In this document: positions 47,972-56,935 of the stretch, in pieces
How the letters are laid out: every line of letters starts with the position of its first letter
Numbering within the stretch: position 1 is the stretch's first letter
Assembly: GCA_965204575.1 (NCBI GenBank)
Contig: OZ241993.1
Location: 320,001-384,000, forward strand
Direction of reading: 5' to 3'
Length of the DNA stretch: 64,000 bases
Source of the DNA: an uncultured candidatus Porisulfidus sp.
GTDB lineage: Bacteria; Pseudomonadota; Gammaproteobacteria; Poriferisulfidales; Poriferisulfidaceae
The notes under the pieces: generated by a model
The model's database searches: none
Told to the model about the DNA's origin: nothing
What the model saw: only the letters and a program-made list of their open reading frames with translations
Position numbers and translations under genes: made by a program

Positions 47972-49369
47972 TTACGCAGTAGAGACAGAGGTTTGTCGAA
48001 TGTCTATTTTACCGGTCACGGCGGCGGAAATGAGCGCAGAACGTAATTCTTTCTGTAGTTTTACGACCTGATGAATTTTGGCAATAAGACCATCGATTTT
48101 TGCTATCTCGCAGTCGAGAAAAGCCATAATTTCTCTTTGTTCGCGATAAGGTGGAATAGAAATACTCATATTTGCATATCGCTCTGCGCTTACATTTTGG
48201 ATTGTAGTTTGAATACAACTGCTGAGAAGCCAAAGTTTGTAAGCTCGGGATTGAGTAAAGTAGTCAATAAAAGCTGGTTCTGTTTCCTCATTGAATCGTG
48301 CACGAATAAGATATCCGGCAAATGCCGCCCTACCCCAACTTGAGTCATACCGAAAAGTCATACCAATAGAACCACTCCGAGCAAACAACATGTCACCTGG
48401 AACAAGTAGGTAGGGGTGGGCAAGATTCTCTGGAATAGATTTGAAACTGTCATCTCTCAGTGTCCCATTTTCCTGAATATCTGTAATTCGAATGTAGCGA
48501 GGAAAATCAGGATTGGTGCAATCTGCGGGTTCGTTGGCCCCATACTTCAGAGCTTCTGCAAGCAATCTCTTCAATCGCTTCACCTCCCAATGCTCTGGAA
48601 TCTCGCCTAGCCATTCAATGCCGGAATCTTTCATCGGGACATTGGGATCAAGACCCTTGGTGACAGCATGGCTAATAAGGGCAACACGCCTTTCTTGAAG
48701 CAGATCAATCAATCGCTCCTGCTTTTCAACTAGCATGTCGATTTTTACTGTCTCGCGATCTAGAAAAGTAGTGATGGCTCGTTGTTCGGGTAGCGGAGGC
48801 AAAGCTATTGCCATTCCTTCGATAATTTTGCCGCTAAGATTTGCTAGACCAGTTGTCGTGCCCGCTAGATAGTCAAGATATCTACGCCTCCCATTAAAAA
48901 AACGCCAAAGAAACCGTGGAAATGTATTTTCCTTGACACGAAGTCGCTGCATAAAGTTTGAAAAGCAACAATCCAAGTCTGCCACTTCTTCCGAAACAAT
49001 TGTTGTCTTCCCTATATGCAAAGCAGAGCCACTTGACGTTGTAATCAACAGGTCACCTTCTTCAAGGCGATAGGATGCATGCTCCAATGCTGTAAGTCTT
49101 CTTTTTGCAGGTGTTGAAATATCCCATTCTCCGCTAACCGTCTGTTCAGTCGAACGAAGGACGATCACACCCTCATCATCAAAATCGCTTCCCCATACAC
49201 CACTATCATTTTCTAACAATAACCGTTTTATGCGCGTAACTGCCCAATGCGTCGGAATCTCCCCTAACCACTCAATACCGGAATCCTTATACGCCGGATA
49301 CGGTACATAGCCCCTCTCGTTCAAAGGAGGTTCAGAATGATCCGTCCGAGCACTATTAGACTGATGCAT
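47972..49369 (-). CDS. hsdS: Type I R-M specificity subunit
   Basis: Two KDSGIEWLGEIP..W repeats, two TRDs, PPLPEQ and PPYREQ, ALISAAVTGKID; low GC. Confidence 0.95.
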   Translation of the reverse strand: MHQSNSARTDHSEPPLNERGYVPYPAYKDSGIEWLGEIPTHWAVTRIKRLLLENDSGVWGSDFDDEGVIVLRSTEQTVSGEWDISTPAKRRLTALEHASYRLEEGDLLITTSSGSALHIGKTTIVSEEVADLDCCFSNFMQRLRVKENTFPRFLWRFFNGRRRYLDYLAGTTTGLANLSGKIIEGMAIALPPLPEQRAITTFLDRETVKIDMLVEKQERLIDLLQERRVALISHAVTKGLDPNVPMKDSGIEWLGEIPEHWEVKRLKRLLAEALKYGANEPADCTNPDFPRYIRITDIQENGTLRDDSFKSIPENLAHPYLLVPGDMLFARSGSIGMTFRYDSSWGRAAFAGYLIRARFNEETEPAFIDYFTQSRAYKLWLLSSCIQTTIQNVSAERYANMSISIPPYREQREIMAFLDCEIAKIDGLIAKIHQVVKLQKELRSALISAAVTGKIDIRQTSVSTA

Positions 49370-49446
49370 TATTCATTCGGCTAGAAGCCAGAACCATCCA
49401 CAGACATTCCAACCCCGCACACAGAACACCAAACAGCAGGGTCTAG

Positions 49447-49995
49447 CTATATGTTCGGCGATGGAGGATAGGGTGGTGGAGTTTGATGCAGCCGGACTTG
49501 AATGGGGGTTCTCCCATGCAATACGTCTATAAGACCACGGCGTGCGAGTTGTTGCTCCCATTCGGCATCAGCCCACCCTTGTGGAACGTAATTCCCCCTG
49601 AGGATTTCGAGTTGCGCGATCTTGATTCCCAGTACCTTTGCCATTTCATCAATCAGCGTGGTCAAGAGCGTATTACGCTTTTGTATAGCTCGGTCATATT
49701 GGGCTTTCTCTTCTATAGGCGGCAATTCCTCACCCAAATGCGCCAAGTACTCTTTCCAAGAAGATACTACGCGTGGGCAGTCCCTGAATTCAAGCTCTAC
49801 GAGATTTAATGCTCCGACGTGCTCAGGGCTGATTTGCATGCTTCTCGTCTGCATTAGCGTGCGAAAAACATCTAGCTTGCGTTGCTTGTCGGCACGGATC
49901 TTGTCTAGACATTGAGACGCCATAATGGCAGCGACCGGACCCAACAGAATTGCTGCGATGGTAATCCATGGTAGCCAGGACGCAGTAGCGGTCAT
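49447..49995 (-). CDS. DUF6680-like protein with N-terminal TM helix
   Basis: IAAILLGPVAA...RKLDVFRTLMQTR...HVGALNLVELEF...LIDEMAKVLG...Y.PQGW. Confidence 0.65.
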   Translation of the reverse strand: MTATASWLPWITIAAILLGPVAAIMASQCLDKIRADKQRKLDVFRTLMQTRSMQISPEHVGALNLVELEFRDCPRVVSSWKEYLAHLGEELPPIEEKAQYDRAIQKRNTLLTTLIDEMAKVLGIKIAQLEILRGNYVPQGWADAEWEQQLARRGLIDVLHGRTPIQVRLHQTPPPYPPSPNI

Positions 49996-50333
49996 AAAGC
50001 ATCCCGCAATTTTTTGAATATTACGTTAACCGGGCCTGTCGGAGTCCGGATGCCGATTGAATTTCCACGACCGAAATTTCGCGGCAGTGTCGCAGTGATT
50101 TTTTGCATTAAATCATCCCCTTTCTCGACTAACTTTCCCGTAACCAGCCAAGTTCCAGGGAGAGATTTCAACGTCACGGAAATATCGACATTGCCATCTT
50201 CGGCAGCCTCGTAAGTTCCGTCCAAAAGCCCTCCTACAGCATCTGCCCCAGCGATGATGCCATCTTTCATGGTGAGTACGGCATGGCCGGAGCCTGCTGT
50301 CCCTGTGTAGTACATTGCATAAATGCCATCCAT
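49992..50333 (-). CDS. GrlR-like small beta-barrel protein
   Basis: MDGIY..YY....GSG.AV...KDGII.GAD.....DGTY pattern resembles the GrlR family; start uncertain. Confidence 0.55.
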   Translation of the reverse strand: MDGIYAMYYTGTAGSGHAVLTMKDGIIAGADAVGGLLDGTYEAAEDGNVDISVTLKSLPGTWLVTGKLVEKGDDLMQKITATLPRNFGRGNSIGIRTPTGPVNVIFKKLRDAL

Positions 50334-50395
50334 GATTGTGTTCCGGTTGCATGCGGTAGAAAAATTGTAGCCCAAATCCATTGTCTTAACATCCT

Positions 50396-51022
50396 TCACC
50401 GAAGTGCGTCTACCCATCCGAATGCATCAATGTAGGGAGAAATAATCGTCCGCACCCGACAGACTTCGGCGGCACGTTCGATCTCGTCCACCGATACGAC
50501 CCGGTAACGAATGGCTTCGTACAGTGCCTCCAGCGCGACATCGAGACCACATTTCCTGCGGTAACGGAAACAGTCGACAATCGTCCGGGCTGGCGAGGTG
50601 ATGCGGAAAGGCACGCCTTGCGCCACGCGGCGCTCCACTCCGTATGTCAGCATCGCACCTGAAAACCGGACGATGCGGGACTGAACCGGAGGATTGCGCG
50701 GTATCCGGGCCTTTCGATCTATGGCAAACCATATTCGATGCGGCGACTGAGTGCCGATTTCATGAATTGAAAGCGCCGACATCAGGCATATGATCGCATT
50801 GGGAATCGCCGCTGAAAGCATGGCATAGGATTCAAGTTCCAGAGCCTTGACCTCGGAGTCGGGAAACCGGTAAAGACCTCGTCCATATTTCTCGACGAAT
50901 CCCTCGGACACCAGACTCCCGAGCCGTCTGGGATGAATCCCGAGCGATGCGGCATCCCGGGCACGAAAAAAGGCTCCTAGGTCTGCGCTCCGCAGCGTCT
51001 GAAAATCGGTCATGCTGGACAT
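50396..51022 (-). CDS. AbiEi-family antitoxin/transcriptional regulator (orphan)
   Basis: wHTH with GRGLYR, ICLMSALSIHEIGTQ.P, SPARTIVDCFRYR...GLDVALEAL. Confidence 0.88.
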   Translation of the reverse strand: MSSMTDFQTLRSADLGAFFRARDAASLGIHPRRLGSLVSEGFVEKYGRGLYRFPDSEVKALELESYAMLSAAIPNAIICLMSALSIHEIGTQSPHRIWFAIDRKARIPRNPPVQSRIVRFSGAMLTYGVERRVAQGVPFRITSPARTIVDCFRYRRKCGLDVALEALYEAIRYRVVSVDEIERAAEVCRVRTIISPYIDAFGWVDALR

Positions 51023-51075
51023 GACGCAATTATATACTGTTTAAAATGTCGGCATTTATTTTTAAGTGTATATAT

Positions 51076-53226
51076 TTAAATTTCAGAATCCAGCGTCGCC
51101 AACATCTCCATGATTTCCTGCTCCGTGGCCTTGATGTCAGCCTGAATCTCAGTAAGGGCGCGAGGCTGGGCATGCCGGTAGAAATACCGGTTGAAATTGA
51201 TCTCGTAGCCAACCACCCCCACCATGCCGTCTTTCGAGTCACGTTTCGACAAATCGATCCAGGCATCGGGCACATGGGGTACCACTTCGCAAGCAAAGAA
51301 CTCTCGCACGCTCGTCGGGATTCCATTTTCGTCTACGGAATCCCCTCCCTCAGGAAGCGGCACACGCTCGGTATCGCGCAAATCAGGATCGGGCTCCGGG
51401 CTACCTCCCACATTGCGACACATTTCGGCCGTCTCGTCGCGTTCGCCGAGCGCTGAAAGAATTGCTTTTTTCACAACTGCCGTCAGTTTCAAACCAGCCT
51501 CGCCAGCCTCGGCGTCCAACACCTCTAGAAACGCCTCTCGGTCCTTGTACATCGTGCCGCCCAGCGATTCGAGCAGATTCAGGATCTTCTGTTGCCGTTC
51601 GCGCCCCTGAGTCTCTTCCTCCTCTTTGGCCTTTCCGCGTCTTTTCGATTTCGCCAGATTCTGGAAACCTTTCTGCTCCTCCAGACGAGCAATGCGCTCC
51701 GGACTTGCCTCGAAATTGAGCCGCAGCGGACGCTCCACTGTAATCTTCCGATACCCGAATTCCGTAATCGGGAAAACACGGCTGACAACCTGCTCTTCGA
51801 TCTTTCCATCCGCCTCGACTTCGCGCATCTCGCCATCCCGGAATCTCTTGACGAGATTCAGCACATCCCACGCTTTTTCGTATGGAATTTCGCGCCGCTT
51901 TTCGCCCAAGCTCTTCGGCATGGGCGTCCAGAAGGTGGTGGCGTCGATGAACAGCACCTTGCCCTCACGTTTCGGTTTCTTGCGATTGGTCAACAGCCAG
52001 ATGTAAGTCGCGATACCCGTGTTGTAGAAAAGCTGCTCCGGCAACGCGATTAGCGCTTCCAGTAAATCGTTCTCCATCACAAACCGCCGGATCTCGCTCT
52101 CCCCATTTCCGGCATCTCCCGTAAATAGCGGGGAACCATTCATGATGATCGCAATGCGCGCCCCCCCCTCACTCGGTGTACGAGCCCGCTTGAGCATATG
52201 CAGGAGAAAGAGCGTTTGTCCATCGCTGATACGCGGCAGGCCCACACCAAAACGTCCGGATTCTCCCCTTGCATGCTCACTTTGCACTGCATGCTCGTCA
52301 CTCCTCCAATTCTTTCCGTAGGGAGGATTAGCGATCAGGTAATCGAAAGTTTGGTCCGCGTGCCGGTCATGGGAAAGCGTACTGCCAAAAACAATGTTGC
52401 CGGCGTCGCGCCCCTCCGGATCATTCATGAAAAAATCTGACCTTGAGATGGCCCAGGTCTCCGGATTCACTTCCTGACCAAACAGGTGGATATCGGCATT
52501 GGAATTGAGCGGGCGCTTTACTTGCCGACCGTTTTCCCGCACCCCTTGGGTAATATGCTCTTTGGCGATCATCAGCATCCCGCCAGATCCGCAGCAGGGG
52601 TCATAGATGGTCTGGATGGCGCCTTCCCGGCTGAGATGCTTCTCATCACCGGCCAGCATAAGATCCACCATCAAGTGAACAACGTCGCGCGGAGTAAAAT
52701 GTTCTCCGGGATTCTCATCCAACGCTTCGTTGAATTTGCGAATCAGTTCTTCAAAAATCATTCCCATGGTCGGGTTGTCCACCCGTTTAGGGTGCAGGTC
52801 GACAGTACCAAACCGTTCCAGGACCTGAAACAGCAAACCCGCCTCGTCGAGCTTGCTGATCGTGTTGTCGAAGTCAAAGCGTGCGATGACTTCGCGCATA
52901 TTCTCGCTGAAGCCCGCGATGTAGTTCCGGAGATTCTCGGCAATGTTCTGTGGGTCACCGAGCAAACGCTCGAAATCGTACTGGGATGTGTTGTAGAACA
53001 CGAATCCGGATGCCTTGCGCAGTTGTCCACCCGGCTTTCGAAGCCCTCTTTTCCTCATCTCAGCATTCCGTTTCAGGACTTTTTTCTTGGTTGGAGCCAA
53101 AACACAGTCAAGCCGCCGCAGGACGGTTAGCGGCAAGATGACATCTTGATATTTCCCGCGCTTGAAATTATCGCGGATGAGGTCGGCCACACCCCAGAGA
53201 AAACTGACGATCTCGCTATGATTCAT
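51076..53226 (-). CDS. hsdM: Type I R-M N6-adenine methyltransferase
   Basis: GEHFTPRDVV, YDPCCGSGGML, ANPPYG, FYNTGI.TY, VGYEINFNRYFY. Confidence 0.96.
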   Translation of the reverse strand: MNHSEIVSFLWGVADLIRDNFKRGKYQDVILPLTVLRRLDCVLAPTKKKVLKRNAEMRKRGLRKPGGQLRKASGFVFYNTSQYDFERLLGDPQNIAENLRNYIAGFSENMREVIARFDFDNTISKLDEAGLLFQVLERFGTVDLHPKRVDNPTMGMIFEELIRKFNEALDENPGEHFTPRDVVHLMVDLMLAGDEKHLSREGAIQTIYDPCCGSGGMLMIAKEHITQGVRENGRQVKRPLNSNADIHLFGQEVNPETWAISRSDFFMNDPEGRDAGNIVFGSTLSHDRHADQTFDYLIANPPYGKNWRSDEHAVQSEHARGESGRFGVGLPRISDGQTLFLLHMLKRARTPSEGGARIAIIMNGSPLFTGDAGNGESEIRRFVMENDLLEALIALPEQLFYNTGIATYIWLLTNRKKPKREGKVLFIDATTFWTPMPKSLGEKRREIPYEKAWDVLNLVKRFRDGEMREVEADGKIEEQVVSRVFPITEFGYRKITVERPLRLNFEASPERIARLEEQKGFQNLAKSKRRGKAKEEEETQGRERQQKILNLLESLGGTMYKDREAFLEVLDAEAGEAGLKLTAVVKKAILSALGERDETAEMCRNVGGSPEPDPDLRDTERVPLPEGGDSVDENGIPTSVREFFACEVVPHVPDAWIDLSKRDSKDGMVGVVGYEINFNRYFYRHAQPRALTEIQADIKATEQEIMEMLATLDSEI

Positions 53227-53324
53227 GGCAATGAATGTTACGCAGCGATTGGTTATTGTAATGAGCCCAGACTGGCTGCAAGCGAAACGTCCCCGGAATG
53301 CGCTCGCAGGCAGCCAAATATCAC

Positions 53325-54512
53325 TTATCCCGCCACATCGAAAATCTTGCGGTGTTCCGCAAGAATGTGCCGATCGCTCAAGCTCGCGATGTAGTCGGCG
53401 ATCACCCGAGCCTGACCCTCCTCACCGCGGGTCTTTTTCTTCTCACGGGCCCGTTGATGCAATTCCGTCGGCAGCAACTGCGGGCGATCCATGAACGCAC
53501 GGAATAACTCCCGAATGACACCAACCGCCTTGTTGGAGGCCCGCACCAAACGGTAGTGGCAGTAATACTTCTCGTGCAGCAGCCGCGTCACCGGTGCAAG
53601 TTCAGCACGCAACTCGTCGCTGAATCCAGCCAATCGATCGGGACAGGCGCGGACGGCCTGCGGCGAGTCCGGTTGCGCCTGCTCAATCCGCTTTTTGGTG
53701 GCAAGGATCAGGTCGACCATCATGGCCGTAATCATGCGCCGGTTGGCTTCATGCAGCAAAGCATGCCAAGACAACTTCGGCGAGGCTTTCTGCGCCTCGT
53801 CATAGGCGCGGGAAAACAGCGCCAATTCGCGCACTTCCTCAAGGTCCAGGAAACCCAGTCGCAAGCCATCGTCCAGATCATGGTTGGTATACGCGATCGG
53901 ATCGGCCAAATCCACCAACTGCGCCTCCAGGGTCGGCGACTCGCCCTTCAGAAAACGCTCTCCCAGCGGGCCCAGGGTTTTGGCGATCTCTTTCGGGCAG
54001 CGCTTCAGCACTCCTTCACGTGTCTCAAAACTCAGGTTGAGGCCGCGAAAGTCGGCGTATTTGTATTCCAGTTTGTCGATCACGCGCAGCGATTGCAGGT
54101 TGTGCTCGAATCCCCCATACTCTTTCATGCAGTCGTCCAGCGCATCTTGCCCGGCATGCCCGAATGGCGTGTGACCCAGGTCGTGGGCCAATGCAATCGA
54201 TTCGGACAGGTCTTCATTGAGGCGCAGGGCCCGCGCCAACGTGCGCGACAGCTTGGCCACTTCGATGCTGTGCGTCAGTCGGGTGCGAAAAGATCCATCC
54301 GCATGATTCACCATGACCTGGGTCTTGTACTCCAGGCTACGGAAAGCGGCCGAGTGAATGATCCGGTCGCAATCACGCTGGTACAGCGTCCTGAATTCGT
54401 CCGGAGGCTCTGCATGCTGCCGCCCAAGCGAATTGGATTCGCTGGCTGCGTAAGGGGCAAACCCGGCCCGGTCCGACCCACCGCCCCGCGCTTCCAGCAA
54501 ATCGACTGCCAC
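53325..54512 (-). CDS. dgt: dGTP triphosphohydrolase (HD family)
   Basis: QRDCDRIIHS.AFR.LEYKTQV, RTRLTHS, HDLGHTPFGHAG, FEHNLQSLR. Confidence 0.93.
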   Translation of the reverse strand: MAVDLLEARGGGSDRAGFAPYAASESNSLGRQHAEPPDEFRTLYQRDCDRIIHSAAFRSLEYKTQVMVNHADGSFRTRLTHSIEVAKLSRTLARALRLNEDLSESIALAHDLGHTPFGHAGQDALDDCMKEYGGFEHNLQSLRVIDKLEYKYADFRGLNLSFETREGVLKRCPKEIAKTLGPLGERFLKGESPTLEAQLVDLADPIAYTNHDLDDGLRLGFLDLEEVRELALFSRAYDEAQKASPKLSWHALLHEANRRMITAMMVDLILATKKRIEQAQPDSPQAVRACPDRLAGFSDELRAELAPVTRLLHEKYYCHYRLVRASNKAVGVIRELFRAFMDRPQLLPTELHQRAREKKKTRGEEGQARVIADYIASLSDRHILAEHRKIFDVAG

Positions 54513-54516
54513 GGGT

Positions 54517-55593
54517 TCAGCGCACTCCTGCCAATGTGGCCGACAATAGCCGTTCGTCCACCTGGTCGGTCACTTCCGCCTGCCCGATCGCCCGCATCAG
54601 GATGAAACGCTGTTGTCCTCCGACATTCTTCTTGTCGTGCCGCATATGGGCGCGCAATTGATCGGCCCCCAGGTCTTCCGGCAGCCGGGTCGGCAGCCCT
54701 GCACGGTCGACCAGCGCCTGTATCCGCTCTGCCGCCTGAACTTCGAGCCAGCCCATCCGAACCGACAGGTCGGCGGCAAGCACCAGGCCGCAGGCCACCG
54801 CTTCGCCATGACACCACTGCGCATAGCCCTGCTCAGTCTCGATCGCATGCGCAAAAGTGTGGCCCAAGTTCAACAAGGCGCGGGCACCGGTACGTTCCCG
54901 CTCGTCGGCAGCCACGATCCGCGCCTTGCTGGCGCAGGACGTCTTGATCGCATGCGTCAAGGCTTCCGTCTCCAATGCCAAGACTTCCTCAAGGTGGTCT
55001 TCCAGCCACTCGAAAAATTCCGCATCGTCAATCAAGCCGTATTTGATGACTTCGGCCACGCCCGCCCGCATTTCGCGGGGCGGCAGACTGCGAAGTGTTG
55101 CCGGATCGATCAATACCGCCTTCGGTTGCCAGAATGCGCCGATCATGTTCTTGCCGAGCGGATGGTTGACGCCGGTCTTGCCGCCGACCGAGGCATCCAC
55201 CTGCGCCAGCAACGTCGTCGGAACCTGCACAAAATCCACGCCACGCATGTAGGTGGCGGCAGCAAATCCGGTCATGTCGCCGACCACGCCTCCCCCGACC
55301 GCGATGAAAATCGCGCCACGCCCGAGCTCCTGTTCCAGAAGCCAGGTATAAAGCCCGTTCAGGTCTTCCAGCGTCTTGTGTTGCTCCCCGTCCGGCAGCA
55401 CGTAGCATCCACGGCAAGTCGGGCCCAGGGCCTGCGCGAGAGGCCGGGCATACAGATCTTCCACCCCTGGATGCGTGACCAGCACGACGTCGGACCCCAC
55501 CAGAGGAGCCCAGTGTGCCGGATCTTCAAGCAATCCTTCACCGATCAGGATCGGGTACGAGGCGCCCTTCAGGGCAACAGTCAATTCATCCAC
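54517..55593 (-). CDS. aroB: 3-dehydroquinate synthase
   Basis: GGGVVGD, PTTLLAQVDASVGGKTGVN, LNLGHTFAHAIE, HGEAV, DKK. Confidence 0.98.
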   Translation of the reverse strand: MDELTVALKGASYPILIGEGLLEDPAHWAPLVGSDVVLVTHPGVEDLYARPLAQALGPTCRGCYVLPDGEQHKTLEDLNGLYTWLLEQELGRGAIFIAVGGGVVGDMTGFAAATYMRGVDFVQVPTTLLAQVDASVGGKTGVNHPLGKNMIGAFWQPKAVLIDPATLRSLPPREMRAGVAEVIKYGLIDDAEFFEWLEDHLEEVLALETEALTHAIKTSCASKARIVAADERERTGARALLNLGHTFAHAIETEQGYAQWCHGEAVACGLVLAADLSVRMGWLEVQAAERIQALVDRAGLPTRLPEDLGADQLRAHMRHDKKNVGGQQRFILMRAIGQAEVTDQVDERLLSATLAGVR

Positions 55594-55676
55594 GAAAAAC
55601 TCTTCGGTCTCAAACTACCGTTTGAGGCAAATTGTATACTGCCTAGGTCTCTCACCTCTATCTTTTCTCGGAGACC

Positions 55677-56048
55677 ATGCCAGAAACTTTACTGCTGACT
55701 GCCGGTCGTCACACCGCCACGATCACCTGCTACGACACGCCGACCGCGCAGGCGATTTGCGCCGCGCTGCCGATCCAGTCCGAAGTCCACACCTGGGGGC
55801 AGGAAATCTACTTCGGGGTGCCCGTCGAAGCCGATCTTGAAGCCGATGCCCGCGATGTGGTGGAGGCCGGAGAGATCGCGTTCTGGGTGGAAGGCCGGTG
55901 CATTGCGATCGGGTTCGGACCGACTCCGATTTCACGCGGTGACGAGATCCGGCTGGCCGCGGCGGTCAATATCTGGGGGCATGCGGACGATGTCCACGGT
56001 TTCGCCGCCTGCGTTCCCGGCGACCCGGTCATGGTGCGTCGCGCATGA
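55677..56048 (+). CDS. Cyclophilin-like fold protein
   Basis: TPTA.AI..ALPI....TWG.EIYF...GEIAFW..G..IAIGFGPTPIS...EIR....VNIWG. Confidence 0.8.
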   Translation: MPETLLLTAGRHTATITCYDTPTAQAICAALPIQSEVHTWGQEIYFGVPVEADLEADARDVVEAGEIAFWVEGRCIAIGFGPTPISRGDEIRLAAAVNIWGHADDVHGFAACVPGDPVMVRRA

Positions 56049-56356
56049 ATCCGGTCCGCGGGAAATTCCCGACCCCTCCCGAACCCGAAAAAGTCGCTTC
56101 AGACTGGCAACAGCGCGGTTTTTCCTGCGGAACGTTCGAAGACTCTCCGGGACGCGCCTGGCGAGATTTCACTCACGATAGCAACGAGCTGATTACGGTT
56201 GTGGAGGGCCGGCTGCAATTGACCCTGGAAGGAACCGACATGGTCCTGGAACCCGGGGACGAGGCCTTCATTCCACGGAATTGTCTTCATTCGGTAATCA
56301 ATATCGCCCCGACCCGCACCGTCTGGCTGTATGGCTACGACAGTCCGGGCGTCTGA
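56045..56356 (+). CDS. Cupin domain protein
   Basis: H...EL..V.EG and PGDE.FIP....HSV cupin motifs; ATGA overlap with the upstream gene. Confidence 0.85.
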   Translation: MNPVRGKFPTPPEPEKVASDWQQRGFSCGTFEDSPGRAWRDFTHDSNELITVVEGRLQLTLEGTDMVLEPGDEAFIPRNCLHSVINIAPTRTVWLYGYDSPGV

Positions 56357-56874
56357 TCAAGCCACTCGACGATGTTTTCGCAGGCTGCGCGCACCGTCAG
56401 GCCATCCATGTTGACCTGGTAGTCGCACAATTCCCGGTATAGCGGTTCGCGTTCGAGAGACAACCGTTTCAAAACCTCTTCCGGATCCCCGTCCTGCAAT
56501 AGCGGGCGGGTGCGGTCGGCACGCAAGTGCTGCAATTGGGCCTCCAGCGGCACGCGGAGGTAGATGACCGTGCCACGCGAAGCCAAGAGGCGGCGGTTGT
56601 CGGCGTCCAGTACGGCACCCCCGCCGGTCGCCAACACGATATTCTTCCGTTCGACCAGTTCCGCGATGACCTCGCGTTCCCGACGACGGAACCCCTGCTC
56701 GCCCTCGTGCTCAAATATTTCCGAGACCGTCACTCCGGTACGCTCTTGCAGGACTGCGTCGCTGTCGAGGAATTCCCGTCCCATCGCTTTCGCCAGCATG
56801 GAGCCGACCGTCGTCTTCCCCGCGCCCATCGGGCCGATCAGGAACACATTGGAAGGGTGAACGGGTATGCCCAT
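56335..56874 (-). CDS. aroK: Shikimate kinase
   Basis: GPMGAGKTTVG, FLDSD, GE.GFR.RE, ATGGG, RPLL, REPLY. Confidence 0.97.
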   Translation of the reverse strand: MGIPVHPSNVFLIGPMGAGKTTVGSMLAKAMGREFLDSDAVLQERTGVTVSEIFEHEGEQGFRRREREVIAELVERKNIVLATGGGAVLDADNRRLLASRGTVIYLRVPLEAQLQHLRADRTRPLLQDGDPEEVLKRLSLEREPLYRELCDYQVNMDGLTVRAACENIVEWLDQTPGLS

Positions 56875-56935
56875 AACGCATCGTCATAGTCAAAGCCACA
56901 CTATACTGTAGCCCTGTCCATACTCCAGTTCCGAC

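Noticed and set aside
53325-54512. dGTPase as an antiphage gene beside hsdM
   Set aside because: Short housekeeping-type Dgt in the common aroB-dgt synteny, with core-like composition
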